From positions 60,826 through 124,825 of the forward strand of contig NZ_JBEUWZ010000004.1 of assembly GCF_040505565.1 (NCBI RefSeq): a DNA stretch of 64,000 bases, written 5' to 3'. Origin of the DNA: Oscillibacter sp. (GTDB taxonomy: Bacteria > Bacillota > Clostridia > Oscillospirales > Oscillospiraceae). Position numbers and translations under genes: made by a program. Below the pieces are notes generated by a model. It ran no database searches, was not told where the DNA came from, and was given only the letters and a program-made list of their open reading frames with translations. Positions 38,631 through 47,684 of the stretch are shown in pieces. Numbering within the stretch: position 1 is the stretch's first letter; each line of letters opens with the position of its first letter.

Positions 38631-39869
38631 ATGAGTGAACTGAAAGGTGCCTGCATTCTGGGCCAGTCCGGCGGCCCCACTTCCGTCATCAACGCCAGTG
38701 CATACGGCGTCATCGCCACCGCTCTGAAGTCTTCCAGCATCACAGCGGTCTATGGCGCGGAGCATGGAATCAAGGGCGTTCTGAACGACCGCCTGTTCGA
38801 CATGAGCAAGGAGGATCCCGGTGAGCTGGAGCTTCTAAAATACACGCCTTCCTCCGCTTTGGGTTCCTGCCGCTACAAGATGGCGGACCCCGACGTGGAC
38901 GACACCGACTACAAGCGTATTCTGGAGATCTTCAAGAAGTATGACGTGCGCTATTTCTTCTACAACGGCGGCAACGACTCCATGGACACCTGCAACAAAA
39001 TTTCAAAGTATATGCAGAAGGTCGGCTATGAGTGCCGTGTGATGGGCGTACCCAAGACCATCGACAACGACCTTTACGGCACGGACCACTGCCCCGGCTA
39101 CGCCTCCGCCGCCAAGTATATTGCCACTAGCTGCATGGAGGTCTATCAGGACGCTCGGGTGTATGACACCGGGATGGTCTGCGTCATTGAGATCATGGGC
39201 CGTCACGCCGGATGGCTGGCCGGAGCGGCAGGTCTCGCCACGGCCTACGGCGCAGGTCCCGACCTGATCTACCTGCCGGAGACGGACTTCAACATGGACG
39301 AATTCCTGGCCGATGTGGACCGCATATATAAGGAGAAGGGCAACTGCATGGTGGCGGTGTCCGAGGGAATCCACTATGCCGACGGCACCTTTGTCTCCGA
39401 GGCAAAAACCTCCTCCACCGACGGGTTCGGCCACGCCCAGCTGGGCGGCCTCGCCGCCACCCTCGCCGCTGCTGTCAAGGAGAAGACCGGCGCAAAGGTC
39501 CGGGGCATTGAGCTGAGCCTTTTGCAGCGCTGCGGCGCGCATCTGGCCTCAGAGACCGACATCGAGGAGTCCTTCATGTCCGGCAAGGCGGCCGTGGAGA
39601 ACGCGGTCAACGGTATTTCCGACAAGATGGTGGGCTTCGTGCGGACCGAGCGAGACGGCCGCTACGTCTGCAAGACGGAGCTTTTGAACCTGACCGACGT
39701 TGCCAACGCGGAGAAGAAGGTTCCCCGGGAGTGGATCAATGAACGGGGCAACGGCGTGGAAAAGCCCTTTATCGACTATGCGCTGCCCCTGATTCAGGGC
39801 GAGCCGAAGCTGCCGAAGCAGGACTCCCTCCCCCGCTTTGCAAAGCTGAAAAAGGTGCTGGCGAAATAA
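38631..39869 (+). CDS. pfp: Phosphofructokinase, probably pyrophosphate-dependent
   Basis: ILGQSGGPTSVINAS, GGNDS and PKTIDND motifs. The RBS aggagg is at 38617-38622. The track N-terminal extension is unsupported. Confidence 0.85.
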   Translation: MSELKGACILGQSGGPTSVINASAYGVIATALKSSSITAVYGAEHGIKGVLNDRLFDMSKEDPGELELLKYTPSSALGSCRYKMADPDVDDTDYKRILEIFKKYDVRYFFYNGGNDSMDTCNKISKYMQKVGYECRVMGVPKTIDNDLYGTDHCPGYASAAKYIATSCMEVYQDARVYDTGMVCVIEIMGRHAGWLAGAAGLATAYGAGPDLIYLPETDFNMDEFLADVDRIYKEKGNCMVAVSEGIHYADGTFVSEAKTSSTDGFGHAQLGGLAATLAAAVKEKTGAKVRGIELSLLQRCGAHLASETDIEESFMSGKAAVENAVNGISDKMVGFVRTERDGRYVCKTELLNLTDVANAEKKVPREWINERGNGVEKPFIDYALPLIQGEPKLPKQDSLPRFAKLKKVLAK

Positions 39870-39881
39870 GCACAATGACGC

Positions 39882-39909
39882 CGCGCCCCGCTCAAAAGAG
39901 CGGGGCGCG
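39882..39909 (+). terminator. GC-rich hairpin after pfp (weak U-tract)
   Basis: cgcgccccgctc-aaaa-gagcggggcgcg, a perfect 12-bp stem. Confidence 0.5.
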
Positions 39910-39929
39910 TATAATCAGGAGAGCAAACC

Positions 39930-40103
39930 ATGCAGATTTACTGGATTTTTATCATTATTGCCGTCTTCGTGTTGATTTTTTCAGGCAAGATAGATGCAGC
40001 GGCAAAGGCTGACAAAAAGCTAAAAAAATTACTTATTGGGGCTTGTATCCTTTTGGTTGTAGCGAATACGATACTGATCGTAATTTCGCTGAAAGCCTTA
40101 TAA
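39930..40103 (+). CDS. Hypothetical 57-aa two-TMH micro-protein (below the ORF-track cut-off)
   Basis: My own translation gives MQIYWIFIIIAVFVLIFSGKIDAAAKADKKLKKLLIGACILLVVANTILIVISLKAL. The RBS aggag lies 8 nt upstream and a strong terminator follows. The GC is markedly lower than the neighbours. Confidence 0.45.
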   Translation: MQIYWIFIIIAVFVLIFSGKIDAAAKADKKLKKLLIGACILLVVANTILIVISLKAL

Positions 40104-40117
40104 GCCAACGGGCATTT

Positions 40118-40153
40118 AGCTCTCCAAAGCCAGATGACTTTGGAGAGCTTTTC
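40118..40153 (+). terminator. Intrinsic terminator after the micro-ORF
   Basis: Perfect 12-bp stem agctctccaaag/ctttggagagct, then tttc. Confidence 0.65.
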
Positions 40154-40182
40154 ATTTCCTTCAAAGCATTCACCCACTTTGT

Positions 40183-40953
40183 TCATTTGTTCTTCTGATA
40201 GATGGCCCACAGCCCGTCCATCAAAAGATACTTGTCGTAGACGATCTTGTTCCGGCAATACTTGACGATGACCGGCGCGTTGCCGCCGGTGGCCACCACG
40301 CTGACGGTTTTCCCGTTAAACTCCTCCCGAATGCGGTCAATCACACCGTCCAGCATTCCAGCGGTGCCGTAGACAATGCCGGAACGCATACAGTCCTCCG
40401 TATTCTTGCCGATCAGTGTCTTGGGATGCTGGAGGGAGATGGCGGGGAGCTGCGCCGCCCGGCGGCTCAGCGCCTCCAGCGAGACATTGACCCCCGGCAG
40501 CAGGAGTCCGCCCTCGTAGGTGCGGTCATGGGAGATCACACCGATGGTGGTTGCGGTGCCCATGTCGATGGTGACAATGGGCGCCGGAAATTTTTCAAGA
40601 GCCGCTACCGCGTCCGCCACAATGTCGGCCCCCATCTGGGTCTGAAAGTCCATGCGGATATTCAGTCCCGTTTTGACGCCCGGTCCGACCACCATGGGCG
40701 GCTTGCCCAAGAGGCGGGCCACCGCTTTTTCCAGCATGAAATTCAGCGGCGGCACCACGCTGCACACGATGGCCCCGCTGACGTCCTTCAAATCGTAGTG
40801 ATACAGCGCGAATACGTTCATCAGGTCGATGCTGAACTGATCTGCCATTCTGCGACCGTCCGTGTCCAGCGTGGCCAGAAATTTCAGCTCCCCGTCCGCG
40901 CCGAACAGCCCCACGGACGTATTGGAATTTCCAATGTCGATGGCTAAAAGCAT
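40183..40953 (-). CDS. coaX: Type III pantothenate kinase
   Basis: MLLAIDIGNSNTSVGLF ... IDMGTATT ... ATGGNA motifs. The start was chosen for GGAGG spacing. Confidence 0.9.
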   Translation of the reverse strand: MLLAIDIGNSNTSVGLFGADGELKFLATLDTDGRRMADQFSIDLMNVFALYHYDLKDVSGAIVCSVVPPLNFMLEKAVARLLGKPPMVVGPGVKTGLNIRMDFQTQMGADIVADAVAALEKFPAPIVTIDMGTATTIGVISHDRTYEGGLLLPGVNVSLEALSRRAAQLPAISLQHPKTLIGKNTEDCMRSGIVYGTAGMLDGVIDRIREEFNGKTVSVVATGGNAPVIVKYCRNKIVYDKYLLMDGLWAIYQKNK

Positions 40954-41004
40954 ACGCATCCTCCCCCTGTCTAATGTTTCTATGGTATCACGTCCGGCTT
41001 TTTC

Positions 41005-41033
41005 TTGCAAGGGGAACCACACTCTGTTATAAT
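41005..41033 (+). promoter_or_regulatory. Near-consensus sigma-A promoter for ogt
   Basis: TTGCAA (41005-41010), a 17-nt spacer, then TATAAT (41028-41033). Confidence 0.5.
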
Positions 41034-41096
41034 GATTTCAAAAGTCGAACAAATGTTGCCTTAGCCAAATTGCTGAATTTGAGAGGAGCTTTCGCC

Positions 41097-41639
41097 ATGG
41101 ACACGATCTTTACGCTCTCTTCCCCGCTGGGTCCCCTGCATCTCGCCGCCGATGGCGCGGCGCTGACCGGGTTATGGCTGGAGGGGCAGAAGTACTTCGC
41201 CGCCACCCTCACCGGTGGAGAGCAAACCGCTGAGCTACCGATATTTGACGAGGTCCGGCGCTGGCTGGACGCTTATTTTTCCGGGGAAGACCCAGGCCCG
41301 CTCCCCCCGCTGGCCCCCCGAGGCAGTGCGTTCCGCCAGGAGGTCTGGAAGCTGCTGCTGGAGATCCCTCGGGGCGAGACCACCACCTACGGCGCGCTGG
41401 CGGAGTCCCTGCGAGCGGGGGGTGTGGCTGCGTCGGCTCAGGCCGTGGGCGGAGCGGTGGGCCATAATCCCATCTCCATCCTCATCCCCTGCCACCGGGT
41501 GGTGGGAAGCGGCGGCTCCCTCACCGGTTATGCCGGTGGCCTGGACAAAAAGCAAAAGCTGCTGGAGTTGGAGGGCACGGACCTCTCCCGGCTGTATATG
41601 CCGGTTGAAAATGGACAGTCCCGGAAAGCCGCAGAGTAA
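41097..41639 (+). CDS. ogt: Methylated-DNA--protein-cysteine methyltransferase
   Basis: The active-site PCHRVV motif and TYGALA helix are present. The RBS gagaggag is upstream of MDTIFTL. Confidence 0.9.
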   Translation: MDTIFTLSSPLGPLHLAADGAALTGLWLEGQKYFAATLTGGEQTAELPIFDEVRRWLDAYFSGEDPGPLPPLAPRGSAFRQEVWKLLLEIPRGETTTYGALAESLRAGGVAASAQAVGGAVGHNPISILIPCHRVVGSGGSLTGYAGGLDKKQKLLELEGTDLSRLYMPVENGQSRKAAE

Positions 41640-41699
41640 AGCGCCATGCCGTGTCAAGCGCACTGATTTCGGACAAAATATTGCGGGTTTGCACACGCA

Positions 41700-41739
41700 G
41701 GCAGAGGAAAGCACTTTGTGCTTTCCTCTGCCCTTTTAT
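41700..41739 (+). terminator. Intrinsic terminator between convergent ogt and spoIVA
   Basis: ggcagaggaaagca-ctttg-tgctttcctctgcc followed by cttttat. Confidence 0.7.
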
Positions 41740-41740
41740 A

Positions 41741-43216
41741 TTACAGAATAATGCAGATCAGCCCTCCGCTGCCTTCGTTGATGATGCGGGTCAGTGTCTC
41801 CTGCAGTTTCTTCCGGGCGTCGTCCGGCATCCGCTGGAGCTTGTTTTGCAGATCCTCGCTGACCAGCTCGTGGAAGCTGCGGCCGAAGATGTTGGACTGC
41901 CAGATCTTGCTGGTGTCTCCCTCGAACTGCTGCAAGAGGTAGTTCACCATGTCCTCAGACTGCTTTTCGTTCCCCACGATGGGGCTGACCGCCGTCTCAA
42001 TGTCGGCTCGGATCATGTGGATGCTGGGGGCGCTGGCCTTCAGGCGGACGCCGTACCGTCCTCCCTGCTTCATGATCTCCGGCTCCTCCAGTTTCAGCTC
42101 GTCGATGCCGGGAACAACAATGCCGTAGCCGTTTTCCCGCACATCGTGGAGCGCCCCGGCCACCTTGTCGTATTCCGCCTTTACCGTTGCCAACCGGGTC
42201 AAAAGGCTCATTAGATCCCCGTCATCCGCCACAGAGAAGCCGGACTGCTCCGAAAGCGTCTTGTAGAACAGTTCCCGCGGCAGACTCAGCTCCGCCGAGG
42301 CGACGCCGGTCCCAAGGTCGATGCCGGTGAGCTTGGCGTTGCTGATGCTTTCCCTCTGGCCCAGAGCGGCGATCACGCTGTCGATCTCCCGAATGTGGTG
42401 CAGCTGAGCCGTCCCCTCTCGGACCGCGCAATACAGTCCCGCCTTGATGGGGTGCTCCCCCGGGAGGGCGTCCACCCATGCGGGCAGAAACAGGTCCAGC
42501 TCCTGCATGGGGAACTCGTACAGCACGGCTTTGAGAATATCAGCCACCGCCGACTCGTCCAGTTCCAGACAGTTCACCGCCATACAATTTACGCCGTACC
42601 GGGAAGAAATATCCTTTGTCACCGCCTGTGTCCGATCGGATTTCGGCGCGTCGGAGTTCACCAGGACGATAAACGGCTTGCCCAGCTCCTGCAATTCCCG
42701 GATGACCCGTTCTTCGGCCTCCAGATAGTCCTCCCGGGGAATATCCGAAATGGACCCGTCGGTGGTGACCACGATGCCGATTGTGGAGTGTTCCGCGATG
42801 ACCTTCCGGGTGCCGATCTCCGCCGCCTCCGTCATGGGGATCTCGTGGTCGTACCAAGGGGTGGTCACCATGCGGGGCTGGTCGTCCTCCGTGGACCCAA
42901 TGGCCCCCCGGACCATATACCCCACGCAGTCGATCAGCCGTACGGAGAACGCCGCCCCGTCGGGCAGCTGCACCTGAACGGCCTCCTCCGGTACAAATTT
43001 TGGCTCCGCCGTCATGATGGTCCGGCCCGAGCCGCTCTGGGGCAGCTCGTCTCTGGCCCGTTCACGGCGGTAGACATTATCGATGTTGGGGATCACCTGC
43101 GTCTCCATAAACCGTTTGATAAAGGTGGATTTTCCTGTGCGTACCGGTCCTACCACGCCGATGTAGATGTCACCGGCGGTCCGGGTGGCAATATTCTGAT
43201 AGATGGTCGTATTCAT
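41741..43216 (-). CDS. spoIVA: Stage IV sporulation protein A (coat basement-layer ATPase)
   Basis: IYIGVVGPVRTGKSTFIKRFME Walker A and collinear similarity to SpoIVA along its length. 491 aa. Confidence 0.95.
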   Translation of the reverse strand: MNTTIYQNIATRTAGDIYIGVVGPVRTGKSTFIKRFMETQVIPNIDNVYRRERARDELPQSGSGRTIMTAEPKFVPEEAVQVQLPDGAAFSVRLIDCVGYMVRGAIGSTEDDQPRMVTTPWYDHEIPMTEAAEIGTRKVIAEHSTIGIVVTTDGSISDIPREDYLEAEERVIRELQELGKPFIVLVNSDAPKSDRTQAVTKDISSRYGVNCMAVNCLELDESAVADILKAVLYEFPMQELDLFLPAWVDALPGEHPIKAGLYCAVREGTAQLHHIREIDSVIAALGQRESISNAKLTGIDLGTGVASAELSLPRELFYKTLSEQSGFSVADDGDLMSLLTRLATVKAEYDKVAGALHDVRENGYGIVVPGIDELKLEEPEIMKQGGRYGVRLKASAPSIHMIRADIETAVSPIVGNEKQSEDMVNYLLQQFEGDTSKIWQSNIFGRSFHELVSEDLQNKLQRMPDDARKKLQETLTRIINEGSGGLICIIL

Positions 43217-43499
43217 AGCATCCCCCGTCCTTCTTGCAATCCTGCTTCCACTTTATGTCCGACCCCTGACAAGTATGACAGGCTGAAGCACTGAAAAACA
43301 AACGAAGAAATCTGATTTCGCTTTAAAAAGAGAAAAACGGCAATACGGTCCCAGACTTTGCGCTATTTGTGGAAGTTTACAAAAATTCATCTATTTTTTT
43401 ACAGTAATTTTTTATATCTTATATTTACAGTATCGGTTTATCCTGATAAACTGATAGCGTATTGAATTAGAGGGTGGTGCCCTCAGTTTTGGAGGATTT

Positions 43500-44396
43500 A
43501 TGATGAATATGAAAAAGATTCTCGCTCTGCTGAGCGCGGCGGCTGTGATGAGTTCCCTGGCTGCCTGCGGGACCTCTGCTCCCGCGGCAAGCGCAGCTTC
43601 CGGTTCCGCGTCTTCTTCCGCAGCGGCGTCCGCGTCCGGCAGCGCGGAGCGCACCACGTTCACCGTGGGCTTTGATGCGGAGTACCCCCCCTACGGCTAC
43701 AAGGCCGACGACGGAAGCTATGTGGGCTTTGATCTGGACCTTGCGCAGGAGGTCTGTGATCGCAACGGCTGGGAGCTGGTCCGTCAGCCCATCGACTGGA
43801 ACTCCAAAGACATGGAGCTGGATGCGGGTAACATCGACTGCATCTGGAACGGATTCACCATGACCGGCCGTGAAAATGACTATACCTGGGTCGGACCCTA
43901 TGTAAACAACTCCATTATGTTTGTCGTGAACGCCGGCAGCGGCATCACTGACGCGTCCCAGCTGGCCGGTCATCCCGTGGTGACTCAGTCCGGCTCCTCT
44001 GCTCTCACCGCCCTGACCGACGACCCGGGCGACGGCAGCAACAACGAGAATCTGACCCTGGCTGCCTCCTTCTCCGCACTGGATGAGGTCCCCGACTACA
44101 ATACCGCGTTCATGAATCTGGAGTCCGGCGTGGACGACGCCATCGCGGTGGACATCGGCGTTGCCAATTACCAGCTGAAGACCCGCGGCTCCGACAAGTT
44201 CATGATGCTGGAAAAGCCCCTCTCCACCGAGCAGTACGGCATCGGATTCAAGAAGGGCAACACAGAGCTGGCCGACCAGGTGAAGGCCACGCTGGATAAG
44301 ATGTGGGCTGACGGCACCTTTATGAAGATCGCCACCGCCGCCGCGGAGAAATACGACGCGCCGGAGCTGGCCGACATGATCTGCTACGGAAAATAA
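43500..44396 (+). CDS. Amino-acid ABC transporter substrate-binding lipoprotein
   Basis: Lipobox LAACG, a Ser/Ala linker, then the type 3 SBP fold (FTVGFDAEYPPYGY ... IDCIWNGFT). Confidence 0.85.
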   Translation: MMNMKKILALLSAAAVMSSLAACGTSAPAASAASGSASSSAAASASGSAERTTFTVGFDAEYPPYGYKADDGSYVGFDLDLAQEVCDRNGWELVRQPIDWNSKDMELDAGNIDCIWNGFTMTGRENDYTWVGPYVNNSIMFVVNAGSGITDASQLAGHPVVTQSGSSALTALTDDPGDGSNNENLTLAASFSALDEVPDYNTAFMNLESGVDDAIAVDIGVANYQLKTRGSDKFMMLEKPLSTEQYGIGFKKGNTELADQVKATLDKMWADGTFMKIATAAAEKYDAPELADMICYGK

Positions 44397-44412
44397 TCAA
44401 TGCGCTTCCAAG

Positions 44413-44441
44413 AGGGCGGCGGGTCTCCCCGCCGCCCTTTT
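44413..44441 (+). terminator. Intra-operon hairpin/attenuator between the SBP and permease genes
   Basis: Perfect 10-bp GC stem gggcggcggg-tctc-cccgccgccc, then tttt. Confidence 0.55.
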
Positions 44442-44467
44442 CATGAGAACAGCAAGGAGAGACATCT

Positions 44468-45253
44468 ATGGATTGGGGCAATATCGTTCAACAGCTGATC
44501 TATCTTTGGGTTCAATATCTGGTACCCTTAATGAATATCCTTCAACAGCTGCTGGTGGGCCTGTGGGCCGCTGTGCAGCTCTTTGCGCTGACGCTGGTGT
44601 TCTCCCTGCCGCTGGGTCTGCTGGTGGCTCTGGGGCGAATGTCCTCCTGGGCGCCACTGCGCCGTCTGGGTTCAAAACCGGAGTCAACCGGAAAAGCACT
44701 GGGCAAAACGATACTGGGACTGCGGAGATTCAAGCCCGTGCAGCTGATCGTCAAGTTTTTCATCTCCATTCTCCGGGGCACGCCGCTGATGCTCCAGATG
44801 ATGGTGGTGTATTTTGGGCCTTACTATGTGTTCCATGTGAGCCTTTCGGGGTACTCCCGCCTGCTGGCGGCTGTGATCGCGTTTTCCATCAACTACGCCG
44901 CCTACTTTGCCGAGATCTACCGCTCCGGCATCCAGTCCATTCCCCAGGGACAGTATGAGGCGGCGCAGGTGCTGGGGTACAGCCGGGGTCAGACCTTTTT
45001 CAAAATTATCCTGCCCCAGATGGTGAAGCGGGTTCTCCCCGCCATCACCAATGAGGTCATCACCCTGGTCAAAGACACGTCGTTGGCCTTTGTCATCGCC
45101 TATCAGGAGATGTTCACCATCGCAAAGCAGATTTCCGCAGCCAAGACCACCATCATGCCGCTGTTTGTGGCGGGGGTGTTTTACTTCATTTTCAACAGCG
45201 TCGTGGCCTGGATCATGGAGCGTATTGAAACGCGCATGAACTATTATAGCTGA
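44468..45253 (+). CDS. Amino-acid ABC transporter permease (HisM/GlnP type)
   Basis: LRGTPLMLQMMVVYF plus the EAA-like loop (YEAAQVLGYSRGQTFFKIILPQ). Confidence 0.85.
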   Translation: MDWGNIVQQLIYLWVQYLVPLMNILQQLLVGLWAAVQLFALTLVFSLPLGLLVALGRMSSWAPLRRLGSKPESTGKALGKTILGLRRFKPVQLIVKFFISILRGTPLMLQMMVVYFGPYYVFHVSLSGYSRLLAAVIAFSINYAAYFAEIYRSGIQSIPQGQYEAAQVLGYSRGQTFFKIILPQMVKRVLPAITNEVITLVKDTSLAFVIAYQEMFTIAKQISAAKTTIMPLFVAGVFYFIFNSVVAWIMERIETRMNYYS

Positions 45254-45267
45254 GGAGATGTCCTGCA

Positions 45268-46026
45268 ATGAAAGTCATGGAACTGAGCAACGTCCGCAAG
45301 TCCTTTGACGGAGAGTCGGAGGTCCTGAAGGACATTTCCATCGGCGTGGAAAAGGGCGAGGTGGTGGCCATCATCGGCCCCTCCGGCTCCGGAAAGTCCA
45401 CGCTGCTCCGCTGCGCCACGCTGCTGACGGAGATGGACGGCGGCGAGCTGTCCTACTCCGGGGAAAAGGCCGCGTGGAACGACGAGGGCGGAAAGACGGT
45501 TTACGCCAGGGATCTCAAAAGTATCCGAAGCCGTTTCGGCCTGGTATTTCAAAATTTCAACCTCTTTCCCCACTACACCGTCCTCAAAAATCTGACGGAC
45601 GCGCCCGTCAGCGTCGGGGGCCGAAGCAAGGCGGAGGCGGAAACCACAGCCCGGGGTCTGCTGGCAAAGATGGGCCTTTCCGACAAGGCGGACTGCTATC
45701 CCTGCCAGCTTTCCGGCGGACAGCAGCAGCGGGTGGCCATCGCCAGAGCGCTGGCCATGAATCCTGAGATTTTGTTTTTTGACGAGCCTACCTCCGCTCT
45801 GGACCCCGAGTTGACCGGCGAGATTCTGAAGGTCATCCGTCAGCTGGCTCAGGAGAAAATGACCATGGTGATTGTCACCCACGAGATGGCGTTTGCCCGG
45901 GACGTGGCCGACCGGGTGATCTTCATGGACGGCGGCGTCATCGTGGAACAGGGCGACCCAAAAAAGGTTATCGGTTCGCCGAAGGAGGAGCGGACAAGGC
46001 AGTTTTTGGCCCGGTTCGCCAACTGA
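45268..46026 (+). CDS. Amino-acid ABC transporter ATP-binding protein (GlnQ type)
   Basis: GPSGSGKST, LSGGQQQRVAIARAL and ILFFDEPTSALD motifs. Confidence 0.95.
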   Translation: MKVMELSNVRKSFDGESEVLKDISIGVEKGEVVAIIGPSGSGKSTLLRCATLLTEMDGGELSYSGEKAAWNDEGGKTVYARDLKSIRSRFGLVFQNFNLFPHYTVLKNLTDAPVSVGGRSKAEAETTARGLLAKMGLSDKADCYPCQLSGGQQQRVAIARALAMNPEILFFDEPTSALDPELTGEILKVIRQLAQEKMTMVIVTHEMAFARDVADRVIFMDGGVIVEQGDPKKVIGSPKEERTRQFLARFAN

Positions 46027-46041
46027 GGGCGCAGTCAAAGA

Positions 46042-46073
46042 TAAAGCGGTCCGGCATTGCCGGACCGCTTTTA
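46042..46073. terminator. Bidirectional terminator between the ABC operon and the SipL-like gene
   Basis: Perfect 12-bp stem aagcggtccggc-att-gccggaccgctt, flanked by A and T runs. Confidence 0.75.
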
Positions 46074-46088
46074 TGTCGCTTTGTGGCT

Positions 46089-47624
46089 TTACGCCCGCTT
46101 CCGTGGAATCAGCAGCAGCTTTTCATCCGGCACACCGTCCTCCTCCTCCAACTCGTTGGCGGCGAGGATGGTGGAGATGGTGGTGTTGTACCGTTTGGCC
46201 AGATCCCACAGCGTCTCCTGCTTTCCCTTGCACCGCAAGACCAGAGAAGGCGCGCCGCTGAGGTCCTTGGGCGTTTCGCTGCTGACTTTTGCGGCGGAAA
46301 CGCAGACTCGTTTTTTACGAGAGACCGCCTCCGCGCGGAACTCCACTGGGAACCGGACCTCGATGCCCCGGTCGCCCAGGCTCCCCTGCACTTCCTCGGC
46401 GCAGAAGGCGTGGGCGGTGACCCGGCAATCCTCTGGCAGCTCCAGCTGACAGCTGACGTCGATGCTTCGCTCCGCCACCAGCGCCGCGCCGCCCTCGTCC
46501 AAATACAGCGCCCGGATGGCAACGGCGGAACGGAGCGTGACACCGCCGCCCTCCCGGTTGACGGACACCGCGCCTGGAATGGCTGAAAGGGATAGAATCG
46601 ATTCCGTGACCACGCCGATTTCCAGCACCTCCCGCACCGTCTGACGGCGGATCAGTGTCTCCGCTAAATCGCAGAATTGCATTGGCTTGGCGTCGTAGCT
46701 CAGGTCATAGGCCGTGCTGTACAGGTCGCACAGAAGCGTCGCGTCCTGCTCCTGACGCAGCAGCGCCGCGGCGTGGAGATAAAGCGTTACGGCGATCTTC
46801 CGGTTGTCATGGTCGCCGTCCACCTGAATGTCGGTTCCGGTGAGTTGGAGCCTGACCGTGGCGACGGAGCCCTCTGCGGCTCCCTCCACCTCCATAATCT
46901 GGGAAAACGGAAGTTCACCGGAGGTGGAGCAACACTTCCCCTCCGGGGAGCGATACAGGAGGGTCACGGTGAAAAGACCCTTCAGAATCAGCTTGCTGCC
47001 CACGACCTTTGCCTCCGTCACGCAGCTGCACACCCGGCTGGACAGAATCTCCGCAGCCCCCGCCCTGCCCGGTGACAGGTCCAACTCATCAGAAAATGTA
47101 AAATCCTTCTCAACAATATGTGTCAGGGCGGTGGTGTGCTGAACCTCCTGCCGCTTTTGAATACACAGCGCATTTTCCGCCTCCGCGTCGGTACAGAATT
47201 CCGTCGCCGTGCGGCGGTAGCCGGTGAGGCGGGTCACCAGCTTGCAATGGGTAAAGACCTTACGTGGGTTCAGAGCTCGGGTCTCCAGCAGTTCCGGTTC
47301 CGTCTCTGCCAACAGCACCACACACTCCGGCATGGCTTTGGCATCCGACTCGGCGGAAAAGGGCATGGCGAAATCCAGCGTACGGACGCCGCTCTCCCCG
47401 TCCGGGGTGTAAAGCACCGTAACCCGTATGGTGCCGGAAACCTCTGCCTTACCGTCCCGCAGCTCCCGACTGTGGAGATATACTTTGCCCTCCGTGTCAA
47501 TGATGCGGGCGATGTCGGGGCAGTAATCCGGCACGATTGTCTCCGCCGTCTCCTCCTGCGTCAGCGTCAGCTCGCCGCCTACGTCATAGGCGTCGAAGCG
47601 GGCCTTTTTCAATTCCAGTTCCAT
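46089..47624 (-). CDS. DUF3794 (SPOCS) + C-terminal LysM protein; SipL/SpoVID-like coat morphogenetic protein
   Basis: 511 aa. The C-terminal LysM is ETLWDLAKRYNTTISTILAANEL...LLIP. The N-terminal repeated DUF3794-like beta region and overall size match Clostridioides difficile SipL as I remember it. Confidence 0.7.
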   Translation of the reverse strand: MELELKKARFDAYDVGGELTLTQEETAETIVPDYCPDIARIIDTEGKVYLHSRELRDGKAEVSGTIRVTVLYTPDGESGVRTLDFAMPFSAESDAKAMPECVVLLAETEPELLETRALNPRKVFTHCKLVTRLTGYRRTATEFCTDAEAENALCIQKRQEVQHTTALTHIVEKDFTFSDELDLSPGRAGAAEILSSRVCSCVTEAKVVGSKLILKGLFTVTLLYRSPEGKCCSTSGELPFSQIMEVEGAAEGSVATVRLQLTGTDIQVDGDHDNRKIAVTLYLHAAALLRQEQDATLLCDLYSTAYDLSYDAKPMQFCDLAETLIRRQTVREVLEIGVVTESILSLSAIPGAVSVNREGGGVTLRSAVAIRALYLDEGGAALVAERSIDVSCQLELPEDCRVTAHAFCAEEVQGSLGDRGIEVRFPVEFRAEAVSRKKRVCVSAAKVSSETPKDLSGAPSLVLRCKGKQETLWDLAKRYNTTISTILAANELEEEDGVPDEKLLLIPRKRA

Positions 47625-47684
47625 TCAGACCATCCTTTCCCGGCCATTGTGATTCTGGCGTATCCTATGCCGGGAAACGGTCGG

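Noticed and set aside
39938-40258. 106-aa minus-strand track ORF
   Set aside because: It overlaps the coaX 3' end and runs through a plus-strand terminator, with no RBS. The plus-strand 57-aa micro-ORF with an RBS and terminator explains the region better.
43217-43300. Sigma-E promoter upstream of spoIVA (CATACTTG as a -10 element)
   Set aside because: The -10-like CATACTT is present, but the expected ATATT-type -35 at 14-nt spacing is absent. Support is too weak to list as a feature.
43461-43484. T-box-like sequence AATTAGAGGGTGGTGCC upstream of the ABC transporter
   Set aside because: It resembles the T-box core (AAUUAGGGUGGUACC). However, the likely leader is only about 70 nt. There is no Stem I, specifier loop or AG-bulge, and there is a 2-nt insertion in the motif. 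The resemblance is probably coincidental.
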